From Macrostomum lignano (lineage: Eukaryota), in the NCBI GenBank assembly GCA_002269645.1, contig NIVC01003608.1:24123-88122 (forward strand): 64,000 nt of DNA, read 5' to 3'. The notes below the pieces were generated by a model. The model made no database searches. It saw only the letters and a program-made list of their open reading frames with translations, and was not told where the DNA came from. Shown one piece after another: positions 53,370 to 64,000 of the stretch. Within the stretch, counting starts at the first letter, position 1. Every line of letters starts with the position of its first letter. The translations under genes were made by a program, and so were the position numbers.

Positions 53370-54629
53370 TTCGGTTGGGGAGAAAGTTCTTGCAGTTTCT
53401 AGAACTTTCTGTCAAACTGAGTTTTTTTAAAACAAAAAGCCAATTAAGAAACAAAATGATCACTATCACAATCTATCACCTTCTGCCATTTTTGGGCAGA
53501 CTCATAATACTGTCACTGTAAAATTTCTCTGGCTTTGAAGTGAAAAAGTTGTTCAGCCAGTTATCGAGCTCTTCATTATCAGCGAAGGTTTTGTTGTTCA
53601 AGGCGTTGGCCAGAGACAAAAACAGGTGATAGTCGCTTGGTGCCAAGTCTGGTGAATACAGTGGATGGGGCACCAATTCCCAGCCAAGGTCCAATAGCTT
53701 TTGGCGAGTCACCCTAGCAGTGTGTGGACGAGCCTTATCATGGAGGAATCGTACCGGGCCATGGTTCGGACGCTTCTGTGTGATGGCGGCGGCCAATCAG
53801 TCCAGCTGTTGGCAGTATAGGTTGGCCGTAATCGATGTGTTGGGTGGCAGCAGTTCGTAGTACATGACGCCCTTGCAGTCCCACCACACACACAGCATGA
53901 CCTTGCGTGGGTGGAGTCCGGCCTTTGACTGCAGCTCAGGCGTCGCGTCAGCATCAACCCATAATTGTCGACGTTTGATGTTGACGTACAGGCACCACTT
54001 TTCATCGCCCGTAATGATGGACTTCAGCCAGTTGTGCGTGCGCCTGTAGGAGAGGAGAGAAGTGGCCAACTCTGCCCTGCGCTCCTTGTCCCAATCTGAC
54101 AATTGGTGGGGTACCCATTGTGCCAGCTTGTACACCTTGCCCAGCTGATGCAAATGACTGGTGACCATTTTATGGTCTACATCAAGGACTAGCACTAACT
54201 CACGCGTGGTTTGCCGAGGGTCAAGCCTCTACGAGTGTGCGCAGCCAGTCGTCATCAACCTTGGAGGGATGACCTGACCGGGACAAATCTTCGAGGTTAA
54301 AATTTCCCTGGTGAAACTGCGCAAACCAATCCTGGGCGGTGCGTTCAGATCGAGACACGGTACCCGCACCAAATGCAGCGTTGATACGGCGGCTGGATTC
54401 TGCAGCTGACAGTCCAGATTTGAAGTCATAGAGCAGGAGACCACGAATATAGGCCCGAGAGAGATCCATAATGCTGGTGACTAGTGAGTAATCTCTTTGG
54501 TTTAAATAGCATGTTAGAATCACACACACCCACCCTCAATATATACCCACACAGCCGGGCTCTGGAATGTTCCAGAAAGTTCTTAGACAGAAAGTTCTAG
54601 AAACCGCGGGAACTTTCTCCCCAACCGAA
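53370..54629 (-). mobile_element. Full-length decayed mariner (Tc1/mariner, DD34D) transposon
   Basis: 44-bp TIRs TTCGGTTGGGGAGAAAGTTC...GAACTTTCTGTC (3 mismatches), TA on both flanks, 1260 bp. Motifs WVPHQL, ITGDEKW, LHDKARPH, YSPDLAPSDYHLF. Frameshift near 54222, in-frame TGA at 53797-53799, frameshift near the C-terminus. Confidence 0.95.
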
Positions 54630-57339
54630 TATAATAAAGATTCAATGTTGTGGCCATCTTAGTCTTATACCAATATTTTTATAATGACATTGAGTATTGT
54701 TTTGAAGGTATCCTAAATTATAAAAAGCACATTTTAAATAACTCAATACTAAGTTTTATAGTTGGTGTGAATTTAGCCTTTTTGCAGATAAACTAGTAGT
54801 AGACAAATTAACTGGATAGCACTAAAGGCTCTAGACCTTTTCCAAGCTGGCTCAATTTTTTCAAGCTATTTTCAATGATTTTCAATCAAGTTCACATGAT
54901 GGCTATCCTGTAGAATTGTTTGTTAAATTAATTGTATGCATATTTTTTTAATTGTTTAGCTATTTTTAAATAAATTTTCTAAAGATGAATGTTTTCATTA
55001 TCCAGTGTGTGGATCATGTATCCATGTATGCTGGACTAAATTTGGGCATCAAGGACTTTGTATGCCAATGTATGCTAAAAAAAATGTTGCACTAAAATGT
55101 ATGCCAAAAATTCCTTAAAAAAGGTAACACGGTTTTCACGAGTAGTGTTTTCTAAGAAAGGCTTTTGTATGAAAAGTGTTTTTAAAATGTTACGAATATT
55201 CTCAATTTAAATAAACTTTTATTATACCTAAAAAAATATGTTGCAAAATTAATACTCTTAGCAAAAATTTACACTAATTTTATTCATTGTTAATTTCAAA
55301 GAAGCAAAAATTTCATCACTGACGATATAAATTTTCTGTTAGTTTATGTAAAAACGTTAATTTACATTAAAATTTTCATGCATGGCATGACTTTATTCAC
55401 CAAAATTTGTATGCCAAAAAAGTATGCATGGCTATGTTACTTGTGTACACCAATAGTGTACACCAACAAAGTTCGCCAGGGGTTGTGTACGCCGATTATG
55501 TGCGCCAAGGACTTAGGGTGGCCATTTTGTATGCCGAAAAAGTTCTAGCATACATGCATACCATCCGCAACCTGATTCATTATGCCAACATTTTAGAAGT
55601 GTTTAGAAGTGTCCATAATTATTAGTTCAAAGGCTGGGCAAACCTCTTGAGATGGCACAATCTATGTTGGGGCAGAAGGTTGTCCAATGTCCACCAGCCA
55701 TTTTTAAGTGGAAAGTACTTTATTTGCAATACAGCTTAATAGCACCTTTCTCATTAAAGCCCCAGAGTTTGTAACTAATTTTGGCCATAGATACATTTTT
55801 GCCAATGACATCAGTGCACAAATTCAAAATTGCATAATTGTTAATAGCTGTTAAATTTTAGAAAAATCTGGAAAAACCCAGAAATTGCAATAGGCCTAAA
55901 AGTTTATTTATATTTACAACCCCCTACAAATGGAATTTTAATGCCAAAACACTTCTAAAATATTGGCATAATGAAAGCATTCATTTTTGGCAACTTTTGT
56001 GTCAATTGTTAAAAAAATGTGCATACAGTGAATTTAACAAACAATTCTGCAGGATAGCCTACCCACATGACATAATAAAAATGATTTGTCTATATGGTAT
56101 TTTGGTAGGTATCTTGTAAGATTTTTCTGTACTGTTTTTTCATTAGCTTAGGAATATTTTGTAGCGACTATGATTGATACTACTTACTAAGGCATGTACA
56201 GAATATATTATTGTCCTATTGAAATTGATTGTCTTGCTGATATAGGTCTAATTAATTCTGCTTAGGCCAACTCCTACAGTTACTAGAAATACTAATAACA
56301 AACTAACTCCAGCAGTTTTTATAGCATTAAAGCTTACTGAAAACATTACCACCGTTCTGTTGAAGATTTTAGAAATTTAAGTAGGCCTATCAAAATGACG
56401 TGAATACTCTAAAGAAGGGATTTTACACAACAACATTTCTAAGAAACAGTTTTTTAACCACGAACAATGAACGAAAACGATTCCTCCTATCGGATAGGTC
56501 CGATATATATTTACGGTAAAACAATTCACTACTTCGATACATTTTATTAGCAAATTATGAAAACAAAAAATAATAAACGTTGTTAATATTTCAAGCTTTA
56601 CAATCTCTTTAAAGCCTGTAGCGATATCTGCGAGACAATACATTAAAGTATTTTAACAATGTTAGATAATTAAAAAATGTAAATTATTCTTCCGTTCCGT
56701 ACATGGACAGAGTCTATTGTGACGATCTTTAGTCAGTATAAAGCAATTTTTAAAGTATAAATAACCTATTGGTGGTAGTGAAATGAAAAATATAATTGGG
56801 TAAGGGTACCGGAATGCCCGTGCATACGCTGGTGGGTGTCTACGACGTTTGCCAGCCGACGTTGTCAGCCAGCCGATGTGCTTATATTACATGTACGTTT
56901 GAATATCTGCCGTCAATTTGCCATTTACATCAACCCCAAAGCCCTGCACTGAAACTTAATGTACTAAGTAGTCTAGCTTACCAGAGAAAACACTGTTGAA
57001 GACATCCGTTACATGAATTTCACGTGATAGATTAAGCTACATGTATTTAAGTAGCGAAAAAGAACTGCCTGCTTTCAGTGCGAAAGTAACAGTTGTAGTA
57101 AAATTCCGTTTTAGTTTAAAAAGGCTTTTTGAATGAATTAAATTCTATAATTACAACTGTTAAAATGAACCAACAAATATTCAAGATTTTTTGCTTTTTT
57201 GCTCCACAAATTAAAAATTGGCAGTTCAGTAGCTGCTGCAACTGGTCTGGGAGAGGTTGCTGTATCTAGCTTGCAACCTGAATATTTCCACTTGCAATTT
57301 TTCTTTATCTCCAACCACAGATACTTGAATAACTACTCA

Positions 57340-57700
57340 GCACATTTGCGTGTAAGCTACTTTCAGTTCAGTAGTACGTTAAATAAAAGCATTCTTTTGT
57401 ATTAAGGCTCATTTATTGCTTTTAACCCACAGCTTAAACCCTCCAACCGCGCCTTTCCACACTACCCCCACCCGCCCCAATCTTTATTGCCTTTCACAGA
57501 ATTCCAGCCTAAAGCTGCCATGTACATTTTAGTGGACTGGCTAATGTACATTATTGCTGAACCAATTAGCAAGCTGTTTACGCCTGCAAGCTTGGGCTTC
57601 TTCTAAACTTATCAAAGTCATTTCAGCTGACTTTATCTGTATAAAATAGCTTATGTATTCTCCTTTGCTACTGAACTGAAATTAGAAAGCTGTTTTACTA
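57340..57700 (+). repeat. Dispersed repeat, copy 2 (homologous to 36570-36990)
   Basis: See copy 1. Confidence 0.7.
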
Positions 57701-58794
57701 AGTATATATGCCTATGTGGCCCATCTAGTGTTATTTTAGTATCTGTGTCTCCAACCAATATCGGGGAGGTCGCAACAGCAATAAAAAAGAACTAAATAAA
57801 AATCAATCAAAGGCGAGTTCAAAGAAAACTAAATTTGACAACGTTTAGTCAGACAGCGACTTCTAAAGTAAATATTCTATATTTATCCCGACTGACATAC
57901 GAATATAAAATCCGTTATAAAAAGATATTATAATAGAGGAAACAAATGTGATAGACAGAAAACTGACAGGGGCACAATAAATTTCTTGGTTTGCTTTTAA
58001 TTTGTGAGTGTGCAGCTTGTGTATTTAAAAAGTGAATAGGTATTAAGTACTAATAAATATTAATAATAATAGAATAGCATTAATAGTGCAGAAAATAGGA
58101 AAGCATAATTGCCTAGCAACTAAGCAATATATAGAGCCCTGGACGAGAGTGCAGGTGTGCAGATGCGCGGGTCTTTAATGATTAAACTAATTACCGAATC
58201 TCCCATGCAAACACAAAGACTCAACCAAGACTGGCTTGAACGCTTGAACAAAGACGGCAAATAACCAAATAAAACAGTGGCAAGGGAAAAAACAACAAAA
58301 AAACAAAGCAGAGCATAGAAAAAGAGGCTAAATTATTTGTATAGAAATATAGTCGTAAATAAGCTGAAGGACAGTAGAGTATGTAGATATACTCGTAGAT
58401 AGACACAGACACAATCTATAATAATAACAATAAGCAGAAAAATTCAATTGCACAGGAATTGAAAAAAAAACTGCAAAATTCAGTCATTAAGTTAAAAAAA
58501 ATAATTGTCTTTTCTCAATTGAATCATCACGCACTAATCGCTGATAGTGCCGACAAAAATCCAATATTCTCGTGTAAAATAAGTACTAATGGAGAGACTA
58601 TACCACAGATACTGGAATAGCCAGATATGCCACTCGAAATTAAAGTAGTCAAAAAGCAGAGCGTCTACTCTTTTTTAGTAGTTCGTCTGCGCAGTGTTAC
58701 CTAAATTTTCCTTTCGTCCATGGGATTTGTGGCCACAGGAGCATATGGAGTTAAGAATGAACAATCATTTAACTCGATGTACACAAGTGAACGC

Positions 58795-58950
58795 AAGACA
58801 GACGAAACTCAGGCCTAGGGGCCAGGCCCAATCTAGCTCAGCCAATCAGGGAGCAGTAAGGAGAGAGGTCGAAGTTAGACGGACGAAACCCAGCCTAGGG
58901 GACAGGCCAGATCTAGCTCAGCCAATGAGAGAGCAGTAAGAAAAGAGGTC
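58795..58950. repeat. Two diverged ~77-bp direct repeats, each with a CCAAT box
   Basis: GACGAAAC..CCTAGGGG..ATCTAGCTCAGCCAAT..GAGCAGTAAG..AGAGGTC twice. Confidence 0.75.
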
Positions 58951-59781
58951 AGTCAGGCACAAGCGGGAAAAAGGAAAGCTCAACTGTTTATCGACCTGAC
59001 TGAAACCTTCTTCGCACCCACAAAATTATAATTGAAATAAACCGGTTTCCTCTCTTGGCCACCTATTTACTCTATTGCTCGCTCGCCGTGCACACGCACT
59101 GAATTTGGGGTGTTGCTCGATCGATAATTTCACATCCGATCTAGAAAAACAAACTTTACTACTGAAAGTAGCAAGCACGCATTTTTGCGAGTAACAGTTC
59201 TTGTTATTCTAGTATTTGTGGTATGTCGATCCTTTTTTATTCATTAATATGAAATATTTTAATTTTAAATAGAAAAAGGGAGTACATAGCTTAGTCACTA
59301 GAACAACAGAGGATTAGTTAAGCGCATTCCCATCAAAGTGATTAGCCGGTGATAATTTAATAAATGTATAAAAATTAAACTAAATATCGCACACGGAGCA
59401 TTCTACTTCTAGTGGTAGCAGCTAAGGAGAAAAAAGCTATTCTTTAAGAGAGGAGAACTACTGTTACAAAATGTCATTCTCAAAAGTAATTATGCTTTCA
59501 ATCGGCTCTAGCTGTTGTCATAGAGAGAAAACGCGCCTGCCCAGAAAACAGACGCCGATCAATCGCCATCATTGTTAGTAGTGAAAACTGCATTACCAGC
59601 ATCCCGGATGGCACAAGTTTCTTAAGTGTTTATAAAATAACCATTTATTTGTTCATTTATTAAAAAATACTCTTTAGTAGAGTTTGCTTGGCTTGTGGTT
59701 GTAGCTAGCGAATATTCTGCTTAGAAATTGTACACATGCTGGTCAAAGGCCCCGGCCCCACCCTCAACGGTTCAGTCAGAG

Positions 59782-61199
59782 TCACTCTGGCCGCCAGTCG
59801 GCAGCCTTGGAGGCCACATCTCGCAGCCGGCAGTACAGGGCAATGTTGGACTGCAGAAAGCTCAGGCTAACGTAGTTCATGCCGTGCTTCTGGCAGAACT
59901 CCTTAACAAGAGGCGCCGCAGCTCTCAGGTGATGCCTAGGCAGCCTGGGATACAGGTGGTGCTCCAATTGGAACTGCAGTCCGCCGTGAAACCAGTCCAT
60001 CCAGGTTGGACAATCGACATCCATAGTTGAGGCCACCTGAGATCGGATGAAATGGCCGCCGTCGTCAGAATCGACCGTGCCTAATCCGTTCTTATAGTCG
60101 CACACGGCCATGGGGAAATGGGAGATGCAGATTTGCACGTGGAGCAGGCCGGATACGGCGTGGCTGAGCAACACGAAAGCAATTGTCTGCGGCCAGGTAG
60201 GCAGCTGGCAGGCCAAGGTAAGGTACCAGATAAAGAATGTTGACATGGAGACCAGCTCGGCTACTTGAAAGTAGCGCCGTTCCCGTTTCTGATTCAAAGC
60301 GATCAGGTGCTCGTAGGAGCGAATGTACAGGTAAAGCGAGCCACGCACATCACCGGATAGAATACCAGGTGTTGCACTCGCATCAACAGCCGAAAGAATG
60401 GCTTGCGCTTGCCGTCGTAAAATGTAGATATCGGAGAGCTGAAGAACTCGTCAGTGATGGCTAGCAGCGGCATGTGCTGAATGTCCGGATCGTCTGTCAC
60501 CGAGTTGGTGACCAGATGGTGGACATTGTGGTTGAGCTTCCACCAGCCGATGCTGATGCCCAGCAGGGCGTTGCCAAGGAAGGCGGCCAGTCGGTGGTCG
60601 GTGAGGCGGTTGTGGGTCACAGCAGTGTGGCCCAGGTCGTGGCCAACAAAAGCCAGCTGCTGCAGATAGATGCCCAGGATACAGGCAGCCAGCACAACCC
60701 GGATAGGCCAGGCGGACTCTGGCGGGCACAGTACGCAGGCAACGGAGGCCGCTAGCAGGCAGAGAATGCGCAGCACCAGTCCCAGCTCCCAAGTTGGCTT
60801 AGTCTGAAACAGGCCCATCCGATGAAATTTGTCGCGCAAGGCGAAATAATCGCGGACAATGGGGCTCTGCTGCTGCTGATGCTTGACATCGCCGCAGCTA
60901 AACGGCTGGTTGTCCGCCTCGTTAACATTGTCATCTAATTCGCATGGCTCAATCTGGCCAATACAATAAGTTGGCAGGAATTTTCTAACCAATTCCGGAT
61001 GGTACATGCTGAACTGTACGCTGGCATCCTGGCCCCGACAGTTCTCTAAGGCCAGGGCGCCGCCCGGGTGGCGGCACAGAAAATTGGCAACGTCGTAGGC
61101 GCGACCGTCAATAGTGATGACGCAGCTGTTTGGCCGGCGTTTGGCCGCGTCAAGATCCGATTGAGACAAACGGCGGCAGGACTGGCGGCCTTGGCACAT
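59782..61199 (-). CDS. Cytochrome b5-fused front-end desaturase, delta-8 sphingolipid desaturase-like; intronless; 1-nt deletion near 60332
   Basis: HPGG heme motif; His boxes HDLGH, HNVHH and QLEHH; WWKLNHNVHH...DPDIQH, LHVQICISHF, DVDCPTWMDWFHGGLQFQLEHHLYPRLPRHHLR. Restoring one A gives ARFNLYIRSY and ~472 aa. Confidence 0.9.
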
Positions 61200-61729
61200 T
61201 GCTCTTGGCTGATTTAAGTATCGTTAACAATAAATAATTAGGCTTAAGTTGTAAATTAACTCGGGTCGTTTGCACAGTCTGTCAGCAAGCCGGGTGACTG
61301 GAGCGCAGCGCTTCTCTGTCTTATAGATTAAAAAATATTCTTTTTATTAGAAGCCGAGAGGGGTAGTGCGGGCCGTGCGGCCGTCTGCAATGAGGACAGT
61401 TGAGTCATGCGCACGAGTGCACAAAAGCGGTAAGACATGGCGCCATTCACTATATAGCTAAGAGACAGCAAAGTATGGTCCCACGAGTTCTCTAACCTGA
61501 TATGAATTCATTGCTTTGAACTGTTGAGTGTTCTTCGTAGCTTTACTTCTACGAGCAGCATGCAAAGAATGAATGCATTTTTTGTCACTAAGCGTTTAAT
61601 TGAAATGCGCCTGCCAGTAGCCGGGTGTGAGCCAAATAAAATACACAGGTTTGCCTCCTCTGCCTCGCCAATATAAAAATGCAAGAGGCAGTCTTAGCTG
61701 AAATTTTCAGCCCCAAATGCATGTGGCCA

Positions 61730-61796
61730 CGCGCGGAATCGAACCAGGGGTTGTGGGGCGAGAGTCGGACACCGCTTGAGCTGCTCTTTCCCCCTC
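61730..61796 (-). mobile_element. tRNA-derived SINE-like fragment
   Basis: Minus strand AGCAGCTCAAGCGGT (A-box-like) ... GGTTCGATTCC (B-box); no complete cloverleaf. Confidence 0.35.
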
Positions 61797-62205
61797 TGTT
61801 ATAACCGCATTGGATTCGATCACTGGGCTCAGGGGCTATTATAGCTCTTGAGAATTAGCACAAGTTGCTTTAAACAAGAGACAGCATTCTGTTCCTGGCG
61901 TAATGTCCGCAAGATGCTGCCTCCTGTTCGTGATCCTAGGTGAACTTTGAAAAATGATCAGAGATCGATGTCTAAAATACGACTCTTAATGAGAATGAAT
62001 TTATTTCAAATGCAAGGCTCACTTAAAGGCGACTCTTACTTTTAGACTCTAATAAAAGAGGCCCCACCTGGAAAAGAAACCGGTTACCTAAGAAACAAAG
62101 AAAAAGGTTTTGCAGTTCAGGACTGCGCATTAGGCGTTATGAAAATTGAAATGAACTGATAGCAGACCAATGTCTACGTATTTTTCACTGCGAAGGCACG
62201 TATTG

Positions 62206-62207
<2 letters not shown>

Positions 62208-62277
<70 letters not shown>
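62208..62277. repeat. (GA)n microsatellite
   Basis: About 35 units. Confidence 0.97.
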
Positions 62278-62278
<1 letters not shown>

Positions 62279-62661
62279 CCACTAAACCAGCGAAGGCAAT
62301 TCGCAAGTGTTTGCAGACAAAGTGCCCCCCCATACGCTCCAAGGGTCGCAATAAATGCACTCCATGCCTTATCAAGTTCCACAAGGGTCAAGGGCCTGGG
62401 CATGCACTCAGCCCCGCATGGTCACTCGGGCAGAGAATGCAGTCAGAACGAAACTATCCTAAACTATTTAGCAATGTAAAATAAATAACGGAGAAACACA
62501 ATGGTGTTCAGTGACACCTGTCAAAATATGTAGGACGAAACTTTATTAGGCAATTTTAAATGCAATTGATGTTCGAATGTAAAGTTTTTATAAATACAAA
62601 ATCTAACATTCATAACATGAAATATAAATAGATATATATTTGCTCATTCTATACTATACTA

Positions 62662-63031
62662 TCAATCACACTCATCCTCGTCACTGCTCACAATCCCGTC
62701 ATAGAGCTGCTCTAATAATTTTAATCGTTGCAACAGGTTGCAGAACCACATTCGATTCTCGGCAGACTTCAAAGCGACGGCAGACTTCAAAGTGTCGGCA
62801 GACTTCAAAGCGTCGGCAGACTTCAAAGTGTCGGCAGACTTCAAAGCGTCGGCAGACTTCAAAGCGTCGGCAGACTTCAAAGCGGCACGCGTTCTAATTA
62901 AAGCAGACATTAAAGCATCTACAGGATCGCCGCTCTCTGTTCCAACAAAATCAGAAATAGTTGTTCGTAAAGCGTCGAATTGGCACAAGCCGAGTCTAGC
63001 AGTTCGCTTAGGTAGGACGCGAACTCGCGAC
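62662..63031 (-). CDS. Probable Lines homolog, terminal exon (one apparent frameshift; in-frame ADALKS repeats)
   Basis: Acceptor ttgcAG at 63032-63033. GREFASYLSELL, then in another frame ALIRTRAALKS...NLLQRLKLLEQLY...SSDEDECD*, reminiscent of the Lines C-terminal motifs. Confidence 0.45.
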
Positions 63032-63625
63032 CTGCAAAACAGACGAATTTACAGTATATTTTTGCCTACATATAGCTATGGAAATTAAGCAGTATTTGAG
63101 ACTGCTAAAAAAGAATCCCCAAACAAGAAATCATTTTTTCTGCTAAGGTTTCCTAGATGGGCTGGGCTGCCGGAAACAAGTATCAATAATTCTCATTATT
63201 TAGGAAAGGTTCAACAGGCGCACCAGCAGACAGGTGCAAAAATAATTGCTTAAGTATTTAACTGGCCCTAATAAAATCAATTTGTACCTTTCAATTTGTG
63301 TAATTAATCTGCGGTTTGCGTCAGTCAGAAAAACCGATATTGTGCATGTGGTATTGGGTTGAACACGTCACTACGTCAACAGTTCAAAGTCAAAATAACA
63401 AAGTTTCTTTTAGCAATTTGCAGATATTTTGGAACTTTTAAACACGTCAGACAAGATATATGAGAATTATGCTGAAGAGAAAAGTTCTCTTATCTGAGCA
63501 AATTTCGAAGTTATGAAATGTCAACGTTGCGAAAGCGACCAATTTTATGTTAACTACAATTTTGTTTAGCGGATGACTCTTCCTGAACCTGACTAATTCT
63601 ATATTTTCCAGCAAAGGCTACACAC

Positions 63626-64000
63626 CTTCTGGCTCCTCCGAGATTGCGTAATCGCACAGAACTCCGTGATCGAAACCAACGCTATCCAAGAAGGCGTAAA
63701 ACATGGCATAGCAACTGCCTAGCAACAGCGAATCCCAGCTGGCCCTAGCCAGACGAAGCTGACCTAACAGAAAGTGCAACAGATCGAGTCCTTGGCCGAC
63801 AGCAGGTGCACAAGCTCCGTAGGCGACAGTTGAGTCTGCAGCTGACGGAGCAGCTCCTGGCACCGCGGCGTCGCGGAAGCAACAGCAACAGGCGAATAAA
63901 AGTGCAAATGAACTTTCTTTGAAGCTGACATTGATCGATTTGATGAAGCGAAGTCAGCTGAACTGATGGCCGCTTGCCAATCATGATTAGCAAAACTGTT
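63626..64000 (-). CDS. Probable Lines homolog, internal exon (partial; apparent frameshift near 63785)
   Basis: YAMFYAFLDSVGFDHGVLCDYAISEEPE resembles the Lines motif F.FL..IGFD..VLLDFLIS.E; donor G|GTGTGT at 63625. Confidence 0.45.

Noticed and set aside
58795-59005. Hammerhead ribozyme suggested by GACGAAAC motifs (and by CTGATGA in the repeats at 22760 and 44170)
   Set aside because: The CUGANGA and GAAA cores do not co-occur with stems I-III
61730-61796. Functional tRNA gene
   Set aside because: A- and B-box-like motifs only; no acceptor stem or anticodon arm

Overview
Eukaryotic (animal) genomic DNA with GC-rich exons, GT-AG introns and about 30 minisatellite arrays. This architecture suggests a flatworm such as Macrostomum (inference only). 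Genes reconstructed by eye: the last two exons of a CCDC170-like gene (+); a 62-aa secreted peptide precursor ending in KKK-FIHIHF-G (-); a 12-exon, ~861-aa divergent ionotropic glutamate receptor/IR (-, 16652-33584); a novel-class PKC (epsilon/eta type, 3 coding exons, -); KRR1 (2 exons, -); an intronless cytochrome-b5-fused desaturase resembling plant/fungal delta-8 sphingolipid desaturases (-); and a probable 3' part of a Lines homolog (-). Mobile DNA includes a full-length decayed mariner, two hAT-type MITEs with 8-bp TSDs, Helitron-like remnants and foldback elements. Most notable: (i) a hAT MITE carrying a 63-nt degenerate copy of the 28S rRNA R2/I-PpoI/Pokey target region, with mismatches clustered at the cleavage site; (ii) the amidated FIHIHF peptide precursor; (iii) intronic minisatellites that are tandem arrays of splice-donor junctions; (iv) a possible retroposed element with a duplicated structured-RNA-like motif; (v) minisatellites made of perfect transcription-factor motifs (YY1/PHO, NF-Y, AP-1). 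PKC and the desaturase each carry a single-base deletion and the Lines homolog shows two apparent frameshifts; these are most likely assembly errors. All homology calls are from memory of family motifs, not from database searches.
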